DNA from: Glycera tridactyla
Lineage: Eukaryota
Assembly: GCA_965644265.1 (NCBI GenBank)
Contig: OZ286471.1
Location: forward strand, 53,382,001 to 53,446,000
Reading direction: 5' to 3'
Length of the DNA: 64,000 nucleotides
This document shows positions 1 through 12,721 of this stretch, piece after piece (positions within the stretch are counted from its first letter, which is position 1; each line of letters begins with the position of its first letter). Both the position numbers and the translations under genes were made by a program. Under the pieces are notes generated by a model, which worked only from the letters and a program-made list of their open reading frames with translations, did no database searches and had not been told where the DNA came from.

Positions 1-2839
1 AGGAAGGCTTGAGAAGCCCATGAAGTTTCATGTTGGTGGCACGGTTGGTTCGGTTGTGGCAGGTTTAACGTCAGGTAAGCACCATCAGTCCTATAGCGTG
101 ACGACAATGCTAAGGGCAGGAATGACATCGTTATGTACATGATTCATGGATCCTCCTTCTGGGGCCCAGACGGGAGGCGAAAGTTTACGAGAGATTGCAG
201 ACAATCAGTTCCGGTATTACATTTTGACAGCGATGTCACGCTGTGAACATGAGATTGATTTGCATGGCTATCAAAATGTATTTCTCATAGATGCTTTTCG
301 GTTGGTTGTTTGGTTGGTTGGTTGGTTGGTTGTTTCGGGTGGTTGATTTCATATCATGTGATCATCATTTGAGCTCCATTGAGACGCCCATGCAAAAGGC
401 ANNNNNNNNNNNNNNNNNNNNNNNNNNNNNNNNNNNNNNNNNNNNNNNNNNNNNNNNNNNNNNNNNNNNNNNNNNNNNNNNNNNNNNNNNNNNNNNNNNN
501 NNNNNNNNNNNNNNNNNNNNNNNNNNNNNNNTCGAGGAAGGTGTATTTATAAGCTAGTCCTCTCTGTGCGAGATGGGTACAACATGATACAAGCCGGGGA
601 GCCAGGGGTCTACGTTTGTGCCAGTGCTCCTTGTGGGGCCAACATATCGGTAGAGGTACGCCAGACTGGGTGCCTGAGACAGTCCACGACCAGCGTAAGC
701 CCCTCGCGGTAGCCTCTTGACTGGCTCTTCGCGAGCTTCGAATCCACCTCTCATCGGTTGATCCAGAGTTAGAGGTCATGGTTCGAAAAGCTATCATGTT
801 CGTGGGATATTGATGATGGGCATATCTCGAAGGTATGAATGCTTTTAGTATATAGCGATCGTATCTACAATTCGATCACCTATTCAATTGCATTGCGGAG
901 GCACCTAATCCTACGTAGGTGATCTAAATTGCAATCCTTTTATCCCAGGAAACCATGACAACTGCGATCACTTTCAGGACTTCCGAAGGCAGTCACGCAT
1001 TCACATTTAATTACGTGTAAGTCTCATTGCTTACCGAGTTTCGTGTGATTTCCCCCACATTATACTTCCTTTCTTCCTCGACATGAACGCACCACACCAA
1101 TGACCCTGAATCGCTCAGGTGGATAGACAGATTACTGTGCGGGATACAATCTACGTATGTTTGATTGCTGGTCTAACTGGTCACCCGGGTAGCTAATGGA
1201 ATGATTATGAAATGAGATTCATCATATTCAGTTGATGAGTAGAAATCTGTCGATTTCCAGGAGGTGTCATTCTTGTGAACGGATATCGCAGGATCAAGGT
1301 GAGTGCAAGTGTCTGAGCCCGACCGCACTCCTCATGTGTGACGGAAGTCGTGTCGACTCCCGAGCGTCTGTTGGTTGTTAGTTTAACGTAACGCGGGCAT
1401 CATCTGGGCTACATTTGAAAGCCTCATGCATTGTGCCTGGGAGGGGTCGTTCGAGCCTCCTCCTTTTGTTTCCCTATTGGGAGGTGGAGATTGATGAAAT
1501 TCGCAGACACTTCAGGTGTCATTGCTGATGTCTCCTTAAGTTATCCAACATCACCCACATACACAAAACACACATGCACACACTTCGATGCAGATCTATT
1601 ACACTGCACTGACTGATTCAGCGTTAAATGACACGTGAGGGTATGCACGAGGAGCGAGGATCTGAGCATTCGGAGGTCCTAGGACATCCCACCCCTCCTT
1701 CTTTTTCCTATGGTGAAATATTGTGGTTGACATCAACAAGGAAGAAGATGGATGGATAGATGGGTAGATGGATGGGTGGATGGATCGATCGATCNNNNNN
1801 NNNNNNNNNNNNNNNNNNNNNNNNNNNNNNNNNNNNNNNNNNNNNNNNNNNNNNNNNNNNNNNNNNNNNNNNNNNNNNNNNNNNNNNNNNNNNNNNNNNN
1901 NNNNNNNNNNNNNNNNNNNNNNNNNNNNNNNNNNNNNNNNNNNNNNNNNNNNNNNNNNNNNNNNNNNNNNNNNNNNNNNNNNNNNNNNNNNNNNNNNNNN
2001 NNNNNNNNNNNNNNNNNNNNNNNNNNNNNNNNNNNNNNNNNNNNNNNNNNNNNNNNNNNNNNNNNNNNNNNNNNNNNNNNNNNNNNNNNNNNNNNNNNNN
2101 NNNNNNNNNNNNNNNNNNNNNNNNNNNNNNNNNNNNNNNNNNNNNNNNNNNNNNNACATTAAATCTCTATTAATTTTGTGATTGTATACTTCCATGGGTG
2201 AGAAAGGCTCAGGTTTTGATAGTCCTGCCTTTGAACCTTGGAGGAGAGTACATCACATCCCCAACAGAAACACTCAAAGATCCGAAGATCAGAGGTCGAA
2301 TGTTGTGGAGTGATGTTCATCGATAGGACTTCGAGATGGGTGAGTATACTGGTTCGTAAGTGGATTAGTTTGTCCTTCGATCATCGTCTTTTCAGCGACA
2401 TCTGAGTTTTATTGAGGCGTCCATTGGATTGAATCGTTCATGACTCCTCCTTCTTGGTCCTCAACGGAAAGTGATTCCCTATGGTCCACGACTAATGATC
2501 CCAATCCTCAATATATTGGCTTGGATGCTTCCTCGTAGCAGAACTTGGACTCTTTTGGGACAACCATACGATAAATCAAAACTTGATTTATCTGTTTGTT
2601 TCATTGAAACGATGCATTATTTTGATATATCTATTTGATGTATTGACTTTTTTATGTGATAGTTCGTATTGTTTTGTTGTATTGATTTGATGTATTAATT
2701 GATTATGTCGATTTGATGAATTGGTCTGTTATGTCGATTTGATGAAATGTTCTGATGTGGATTTGGTGTACTGGTTGTTATATGGATTTGATGTATTATT
2801 GTCTACGTTGATTTGATGTAGTGGATTGTTATATTGATG

Positions 2840-3240
2840 TGTATTGAACCCACACTATGCCCTCTTTGAATAATCTCTGGCAGTGATTGATTATTATCTC
2901 TGGCAGTGATTGATTGCTATCTTTGGAAGTAATTGATTAATATCTCTGGCAGTACTTGATTGCTATCTTTGGAAGTAATTGATTATTATCTCTGACATTA
3001 ATTGGTTATTATCTCTGGCAATAATTGATTATTATATCTGGATATATTTGATATTGAACCCACACTATGCCCTCTTTGAATAATCTCTGGCAGTGATTGA
3101 TTATTATCTCTGGCAGTGATTGATTGCTATCTTTGGAAATAATTGATTATCATCTCTGGCAATAATTGATTATCATATCTGGAAGTGATTGGTTATTATC
3201 TCTAGCAGTAATTAATCATTATCTCTGACAGTAATTGATC
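2840..3240 (+). repeat. Minisatellite of about 21 bp with a 210-bp higher-order duplication
   Basis: Repeats of atctctggcagt(g/a)attgatt(a/g)(t/c)t; attgaacccacactatgccctctttgaata recurs near 2843 and 3053. Confidence 0.85.
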
Positions 3241-3307
3241 ATTCATCCCAGATAGTCATTAGACATTGAACTGCCCGATAGCGGATTAGCTGCATGATAC
3301 AATCAGC

Positions 3308-3509
3308 ATGAAATTTTCGAATCCTTTCAAAGTCTTTCTGGAGGTTCTTCTCAGCATATTTGTGTTGATATATTTTGCAGATGGCGTTGATCAACCTCCC
3401 GCATCAGGATCATCTTTTTCATGTAATTGCAATGGGATGTGTGACTCGGTTACTGGAGTATGCAATGGAACCTGCCTGCCGGGATATACTGGCATTGACT
3501 GTCAGACAG
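3308..3509 (+). CDS. RPTP exon: putative signal peptide plus EGF-like module (may instead start at the acceptor 3380/3381)
   Basis: [67 protein letters not shown]; donor G|GTATGA in phase 1; internal tttgcag acceptor at 3380. Confidence 0.8.
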
Positions 3510-6500
3510 GTATGAACCGGCCACAGATATTTCAACATCATCACTCCTGATATTCAGGGAGCTAGGACCCCCTTCAGTATCGCCATCATTGTCACTCTTG
3601 ATGATGCTTTCATGGGAACTCGGTCAATTAGGATAGTTTTTCGTTACAATAAGTCTCGTCAGCACTGGTTGGGTTATATTGAGACATCCAATCAATCGGA
3701 CGGTTTGGTCGGTTGTTTACCATGCACCCCGTGAATGTCATCTGGGCTATATTGAGCCGTTCATACATAAGGCATATGGTTGAATAATTCGAGACTCCTT
3801 CTCGGTTCCAACGGAAGGGCTCGGATGTGCCTCCTTCTGGGACCCCGATGAAAGATGCTTGGTTGGCTCTTAGTTTTACGTCCTGTGGGTACCATCCGGG
3901 ATATATTGAGATTCCCATGCCATGTGACATTCCTACCCCCCCCCCCCCCCCTCCCAAGGATATTTGAAATGGAAAATACACAAAGTGCCATTATGCTAGT
4001 AACTTCTGAGGTGAACATTTTCGGTGATATTTTCATAATAATCTTTTATTCATATTTCATTTATTTATTCATTCATATTTTTTAAATAATTTTTGGTAAT
4101 ATTGAGACTACCGTACAATGGGTATTTTCCCTCATTGACTCATTAACGGACCTTCATATCTATGGAATTCAGGGATATTCGAGATGTCAATTTCTTACCT
4201 GCTCAAAGAGCGTACTAGTTTTCTCCAAGTCATGTTGTACGCAGTCGATCCACTAATATTGTATAAATTACTGTCCGGCCTGTCCCAAGTATACGAGTAT
4301 AGGGAGAACAGATGAAAAAGCATATTACGCAAAATAATCCATCAATGTCAGTCATACAATAATTTGTGTTTTAGTAGAAAATGTTATACATACTTGACCA
4401 CTCCCTAGCTCTACCAATACATTGGATGTAATCGGTGTAAAGTACATCATGAACATTCAGTTACAGAGATACCTCCACCTGGTATGGACCTGATCCGCAT
4501 GCTGACCATTGCTGCCGTGGTGCTGGCTGTTGTAGCCGCTGTGGTCTTCTTTCTCATCGTCTTCATGCTATGGTGCGTAGAATCACGGGGAGACTAAGCC
4601 TCACTGATCCCACCCAGTGCGCGCCGACTGCGTTATCGATGGCTGACCATGTGAATTAGTGTCTATGCAGCATGCACGTGAAAGATTCAACCTTATTTCG
4701 CGAAGAGTAGGAGAAGTTTCCCGACAGGAGTGCTCTATCAGTTAATAGGCATTGAAAAATACCCCCCAGAAAAGAATGAAAAAAATGCATTGACAACTTT
4801 TCTCGAATTCTTTTTCCAAACTAATATTTGTCTAAATTGGGTTTTGGAATCGGCTATAAGTTCACTTTCGAATAATGATGCCTTTGTTGAGGAGTCCTAC
4901 TCAATCAATCCATGAATCACTGATCTCCTGTAATATTACAACGAAACTGGTTCCACAGTTACATTACACACAGTCCCAATCTTACAAGAAGAGTCAATAT
5001 AACGTCACCCGATCATGCGAGATCAGGTGTTACTCTCTACATCGAATAAGAACATTCCATGGACCTGACATGGTCCAATATTGACTTTACCCACAATTGG
5101 GACATAGGCTATAGCACCATCGATCATTTCCCTTCCAGGAAGAGGGGTACCCTCCGACCACGCAGAGAGGCAGATGCAGGTAAGATGATGGTGAGGGTGA
5201 TGTGGTGGTGGTGGCGGCGGCGGCGGCGGTGGCGGCAGCTGCGATGAGTTGTTGTTTGACATCCTTTGGGCAACATCTGGGATATAGTGAGACGTCAGTG
5301 GAATGCACAAAATGACTATCTGTCAGATTCCTGAATTTTCACTTTCTGCAATGGAGAAAAGTTGATAAATCTTGACCGATACCGGCCATGTCTACACCAG
5401 GTCTTTATGAAACTCGACGAAATAAAGCATCCAACCACCACCTCCATACCGCCTCCCCCCCCCCCCCCCCACAAAGTGATGATGATGATGGTGATTATTT
5501 CGAAAATCAATATTTCAACAAATTTTTTCACCAGCTGGTCTCATGTTTCAGTAGGTGGGCTATGTTGAGACGCAATGCTATATTCATACTCACAAAAAAT
5601 CTTGGATTATCTCATGTTCGTGCATTGAGTCAGCCGGGTGCAGCTGGCAACAGAAGCCAAAGAATTGTTTCAGCATTGGGAAAGTATCTTGAAAAAAAGG
5701 GTGATAATGAGCTGATACAAGATAATGATATGAGTTGCATCAGACAGTGATCGCTTTCATCATTGTATCTAGAGAGCCAAGTCAACCAGCCTCCCATTGA
5801 GGCCTCGCCATCTCCCGAGAGGGAGGATGTGGATAACGGGCCGATTCCAGAAGAAGATGAAGCTCCTGATCACGCTCAACCCGAGCCAATCCAACTACAA
5901 CCCGCTGTATATGACAGTGTCTTCGAGTTGCCTATACCTGTTGACGGACTGATGAAATTCATTAATGACTACAAGAAGGACCCCAGAAAATTTGAACAAG
6001 AGTATGAGGTAGGTTCCCACACCGGGTCCATTCCACAATCCAAGTTTTCATACACGCCTATTGATGTGAGGATTCTCTGATCAATCTAAGAGGATCAATA
6101 CTTTGACAATTCCGGTTTTTTGTTATTTAAATGCTATATTGAGATGCCCAGCTTTATTCGAGAGAATATCGTGGACTATTTCATGAACTCGGATTCAGAT
6201 GGCATCCTGTCACTAGAAGACAAACAATTCTCAGATAATTGGGAGAGGTCCTTCAGCAAAGGGGTGACAATCATCTCGATTCTGCTCCACGATAGCGGTT
6301 ATGCTACAAACCAAAATAGTGAGCAATGGTGAACAGAGCCTATACTATAATGGGTGTCCAAATTTGCATCATTATTCAACCCAGAACAGAACTATTACAT
6401 GGATATATGCACATTCTGGATTTCTCATGAAGCAGGCCTGTCTGTGTGGTACTCCTGTGCTCTATCACTCAAGCCTGTCAGAATATGTATGGTGGCTTGG

Positions 6501-9500
6501 CTCGAAGCACCTAAGGTTATTTCATGCAGTCATCTGTATTGTTGGTAGTACATGCGTGAATTTAATGAATTTTCACCTCCCATTGAGGACCCCGAAATAG
6601 TCTTTAATACTATGCCAAATGTATCATATATGGAACTGATTGTGTTTCGTATTTTCAGAGAATCCCTCGTGATGGAATGGGTACAACGGTTGAAGCTGGA
6701 AAGCCTGGCAACAGGATCAAGAATAGATTCAATGACATTCGTGCATGTTAGTGGATACCANNNNNNNNNNNNNNNNNNNNNNNNNNNNNNNNNNNNNNNN
6801 NNNNNNNNNNNNNNNNNNNNNNNNNNNNNNNNNNNNNNNNNNNNNNNNNNNNNNNNNNNNNNNNNNNNNNNNNNNNNNNNNNNNNNNNNNNNNNNNNNNN
6901 NNNNNNNNNNNNNNNNNNNNNNNNNNNNNNNNNNNNNNNNNNNNNNNNNNNNNNNNTACATTTTTTTATCCCTTGCCAGACGTATTCATGTATTTTCTTC
7001 AATGTATTATAATTCTTTCTACATCTTTCTACATTTGAACGTATGGTTTTAGTTGTCTATGTTCGTATTCTATTAGGACGATATGGTTCATTGTAACCTT
7101 CTCACATAGTGAAAGCAAACTTTCAATCGAAATAGAAGATTTAGGGCAATTATGCCATATAGATATAAGTTGGTGATCCATGGTCTTGGAGTGACCTGTT
7201 GCGCTGGTGATACATATGGTATAATGTCTGTGAAATTAGTTCATCAAAAAGAAGGAGGTTATATACTTGCACCTGGCTGTACTGACATGAAATCATCACG
7301 TAATTGAACTCAGATGAATCACGAAGTTGTCAAATACGTCAGGTTTCATAAAGATGGCAGGTGATATCCTTAGTCCGACGAACCATTGGTGTGTCGAGTG
7401 TTCCGTCTAGTGTATCACAGGATGTAGATTCTCGATGCAAAGCTCTGTGCTCTTTGCATCTCTGCATCATTCTTTAGTAGATTGCCATATGTTCCAATCC
7501 ATGTAATACTATAGGCAGATCTGAATCACATGACCCTATCGTACCTAACATCATTACAGCTTCATCTCGTCCTTATAATAAGATGAATGTAAATATCAAA
7601 GTTAATGTGAAAATAAAACAAATTTGAAATTTTCGTTTGGCAGATGATCATAGTCGAGTTGTTCTTCAGCGAGAAGGTGATACATCTAGCTATATCAATG
7701 CAAATCATATAATCGTAAGTATGTTTTACATATACTGTTTTGCAGCTTTCCCAACAAAATCAAGAATCTACAGTCCATAGATGTCCAATAGTCCAAATGG
7801 AGCAATCCAGATCCTGAGTTATTTTTCCAACTTGATCTTGGTTGATCAGCTGTTTTACATCCCATGAGAACCATCAGGGTCATATTGTGATTGAGGTGCC
7901 CGTACAATGGGTATGGGGATGATTCAAAACAAAATGTAATGAAATTTAGATATGATGCTCAATGGATCATTCTATGCATATTCCACCGGCTTGTATTGAT
8001 GAATCATGGAATTGAATGAGGGCTGGGGAATAGCCGACCTTAAAAGTGATAATTCATCTTGTATCCGAGAAGAAATAAGGACAGAGAAGGCTCGTCATTT
8101 GATCAGTGCAATTTCAGGGGTCACGCGAATTCTAATCTATACTTTTTTCAGGGGTATGCGAGACCAGGCATTGCAGCACAGCAGACAGGTGAGTGGTGTG
8201 TGTCATTATCGAGAAGCTTGTGCAGTGGGCTGCCACTTGAACCAGAAACGATTTGTATCGAAGTTGATTGCAATAGCTCAATCGATGGCAACCCAGTGTT
8301 TCCAGGTGGTGATACGCGAATCTACAGACAACGCACACAACATACATCATATGCGCCGCACACGTGTAGGTTGGTTGGGTTAGTTGGATCTCCGTATGCA
8401 AGGTATCTTGTACTGGGTAACAGAGTTGATTGATTGTCCATATTTGATTGTAGATGTCAATGGAACGCCTGGAAGTCGGAAAAATCGAGTCAGCCACCAC
8501 GAGAACAGTTATTACTACAATATCGCCTATATGGAGGTAATATATAATGGTCCACTCCTATCAACAAAATGTCCATAACGTTTGAGACTTACGTTCGAAT
8601 TCTTGACACTTGTCCATAATCAGGTGTCCAACTGGGGAAGTTCCTGAGAATTGTTGACAATCTGCCGCCAGCCTGGGCAATTAATTGCTTGACAACTGTC
8701 GACATGCTGATATTTGAACTTCTCAATATTTGCCAACACCATGTTGTTCAATCGAAGGATTTTCTGACAAATGTCAATAATCTAGAAAGTTTTGGCAATT
8801 CTCGACAATCACATATTCGAACGAGGACCATTGAAATCCTCGATAGTTATCGGCAATCAGGTGAGCGACCAGAGAACTTCTTGCCAGTTGTTCGCAGTCT
8901 GGTGGTTTTAGCATGATGAGATAGTTGTAGAAGATAAATCAATATATTGCATAAGACTACAGTCACTTTCCATCCTAGGGCTAGCCATTTGATATGCTTC
9001 ACGCTAAAACATCATTGGGGAAACATGTAAGACAGATGCAACAATTGTATAATTACGAGTAATGCCGAAATGCTTTTTCATTTCATGGATATGAATACAA
9101 TTGGTTAGATGGTTAGCTGAAAGGATAATTGGTTGGTTGATTTGTTGGTGGGTTGGTTGGTATTGGACATGACCAAACTTCATTCGATTCTTCATTCTGT
9201 GAGATGGTTGGTTATTTTACCTCTCGCAAGCGCCATGTTGCCTATATTAAGAAGCCCGTGCGACGGGCATGCGTTTTCAAGTCTATCCTCTCAGTTCCGA
9301 AGGACTCAATTTCTCAGATTTAGTTTGACTTCTTTTTAGGAAACTTCGACAGCTGATTCGAATGACAGAGGAAACAATGGAGAGATCAGAGGTATCTCAC
9401 ATTCAACAGATGATAACAAATATCGAGTCTACGTCAATATATCCCGGGAGGAGGTGGGTAAAATCGTGAGCTGACCTGGTATATTCTTCATTATAGTTCA

Positions 9501-12500
9501 GGCAATGGACTCCTGCCTGCGCATCTAACGTTCTTATCCCAAACGGCATTTGGCGTAGAGAGTTTTCACATGTATGTTACATTTTTAGTGAAGTGAATTT
9601 TGAGTATTGCATGTGATACTCCACAGCTGAATTAGAACTACTTTTCGACAATTTCCCCCTAATCCCCGTGATAAAAGCAAGACTATACGGCCGTGACGTG
9701 ACCAAACCCAGTGTGAATTCGCATTCGGCTTCATAACATCCGGTGAAATTCCTTTTTAACTCATATAGTTTTGCTATAAAAATGAGGGTGATGCAGGTCA
9801 GACCAAAGTGGTAACCGGTTTTTGCATACACATGGATACATACCATATCATATTTGGTCTGTTGGGGAAGACTATCTGGGCTATATTGAGACACCCACGC
9901 AATGGGCATGGATACTATCATCCACGGCTCCTCCTCCTGGATCCCCAACCTAAGATGAACATGTTGAATTCGGTACCATTGAAACTCCCTTGATTAGAGG
10001 TCCCACAGCCGATCCATATGCTTCATATGCATACAATTTGATTTTAGAAGAGATGGATGGCAACTTCATCCGTTATCATTCTATTCCCTCTATGAGGCTA
10101 CCACTCATCTGACAACTCAATTATTCCGTGCCACGAACATATATGACACTGTTCTGAAGTGATCTTTTTATCCTGATCCGAACGAGAGCTGATCTCATAT
10201 TGCTTTTACTTTTGATTACAGGAGATGCCAAATGGTGCACAGAAAGGTGGGCTATCTAGGATATTTCTCATTAATCACACATTTAATTGGTCCTGCCTGA
10301 CAGGCTTTCGGGAAAAAAGAAGCGAATTGTGTCTCAAATGTTTTTGGAACGCCATGTTTCAGTTTTTCTGAACAGGTAAACAGTTCCTCATGATGACATA
10401 CGAAATTGGTTTGTTCAAACAATCGAAATTTAGCAAAAGTACTCATTTCTTCTGGGGGTATTTTACCATTAATGCGAATGTATGTTCTCATACGATTGCT
10501 GTGACAGGTACAATTGCACACAGGAGACAGTAGTTATGGGAGTTGTGGTAGCATCTACTTTGGTGATGCCTTTTATGATCGCAGGTATTTCGTTGTTTCA
10601 ATGCTATTGTGATGAGAATAATCGTGCTTCATATCTGTCACATCGAACTTGTAACACTTTGATGGCAGAGGAATGATTTTCTGAGCCTCTCCTCGTGAAT
10701 TCTCGCAAAAATGGGTCAAGTAATTAAATGATCGGACATGCGAGTAATCGATACACTAACAGATTGGCTTGACTGATTGATAGCTGTAAGTGGGCGTCTA
10801 TTTGGTTGATAAGGAATGATATTGACTGTTTTGACTGATAACATATTTAGCCTGGCAGCACTGCCACAGGCCAGAAGCTGCTTATCTCCTAAAAGCGGTT
10901 GTTAGCCCTTTTGGACTGAGAGGTCTACTCTCAGAAGGCTGCAGGTCTTCATCTACCTGTGATCATATTTTGGTGCCTACTCACTTGCTTGCAATGGTTT
11001 GCTCTGGTGGCTGCTATGTGGTCACTTGTTATGGCACCACCACTGACGTGGGACCATTGATTTCACATCCCAGATAAGCGCCCACACCATCATTCAGCCC
11101 TGGTGGTGTGCAGTCCATGCCTCTTTCTATGTTTTGATCTCAACGCTGGGCGCACAGGCCTATGGGATGATAGATATGGGAGTAAGTAGTGGGGAGGGTG
11201 GGGAGGGGTTCTTGTTAAATTCTGTGTCTATAATGTCCATTCTGTTATTTCTCAGCACGATCTTTCAATGGTTACAGGTGTACGTTCTTCACTGGGTGGA
11301 GGTCGTAACAGCCGAAATCGTCCTTCCTCTCTCTATGTACAGGACATGAATACAGACCAGGTGGATTTCTATCCTACATATTCCATATACGTATGAATAA
11401 TCACCACTACACAACAAAGAACAGCCAAAGATATTAGACCAACTAGTATTCTACTCATGCACGGGTGCATTGAGTCATACATTCATATCACAGTTTATAG
11501 TCGAGTCAAAGTTGTACTTGAGGGTATAGTGCCAGGTTAGGCCAATGCCCACTATAGCTTCATGACGCTCCAATGGCGCGCCATAATGTGTATTACCCGT
11601 GATGAATTTCATGAGCAAAGTACTTTTAGTACTTCTAGTACTATTTTACGCATATATCTGTCCATCAACTATTCACTTATTCAACATATGTCAAAAATAT
11701 AATCTGACCAGACGTGGAGAATATCTGCAAAGATTTAGTTTTTCATCGTATCATGTATCTATCATTACTATATAACCCGTCTATTATATCAGCACAATAC
11801 CCATGATGCCTAAGGGCGGGCTGTCAGGGAAACATTCGTTGACATCACTAAGCATTCTCACTCACATCTTTCAAATTGAGTTAAGTAACAACAAAAAGAA
11901 TACCACAGCAACACATGTGATCTAATTCTCGCTTACAGTTATCTACGTCGGGTGGGGCGAGAGAGATCATCAAGGATTACATCGCTGCTCAGGGTAATTA
12001 TACAACCCGAAGCTGCTTGTGGCATTTGATTGGTCCCATCACGGCCCAGACTCTTTGCCATGCCCCCAGTGCGACCTCAAACGATCCCTATTTCAATACT
12101 CTCTTATTTGTGCGGGAAATAAGGAGATGAAGAGAAGAATCGAATGACAAGGATAAAAGGTCTTTGTTGACAAATTGTAACATTTCCGATGATTCAGATC
12201 ATTATGAAGTTTGTGAATGGTAAAGTACGAAAGATTTGTTGCTGAATTATCATAATGAAAATCGAGTATTATCAAGTTTATCTGACAGCTTCTTTTTCGA
12301 ATCAATTGATATTCGTCCTATATATAAGACAAAGATAGCGGGGTTTTTCTTTGGGGGGGGGGGTGCAGGTGGCCCACGTGTCGATATCCTTCAGTAATGA
12401 GTACATCTGTATTCAGGTCCGACCTGGAGCACGCTCGAGGATTTCATTGAGATGATCTGGCAGCAACAGGTCAACAGAATCGTGATGGTCACCAGATTGA

Positions 12501-12595
12501 TAGAGAACGGCAAGGTATGTATCATCGCACAATGAACAAATATCTCTCCGTCTCCTTGCCCCCTGACTGTCTGTCTGACCGCCCGTGTCCATCAC

Positions 12596-12635
<40 letters not shown>

Positions 12636-12680
12636 CCTCCTACCCGTCCGTCTCTTCGCTCATCCATATATGTTAAGCTA

Positions 12681-12721
<41 letters not shown>

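Noticed and set aside
1-74. Open frame GRLEKPMKFHVGGTVGSVVAGLTS ending at a GTAAGC donor
   Set aside because: The sequence and donor overlap a degenerate copy of the dispersed SINE-like repeat (ggtt...tttaacgtca...), so it is probably coincidental.
558-694. Possible exon with an Ig-like GVYVCAS
   Set aside because: No polypyrimidine tract at the acceptor, the phase does not join the EGF exon, and there is no other Ig hallmark.
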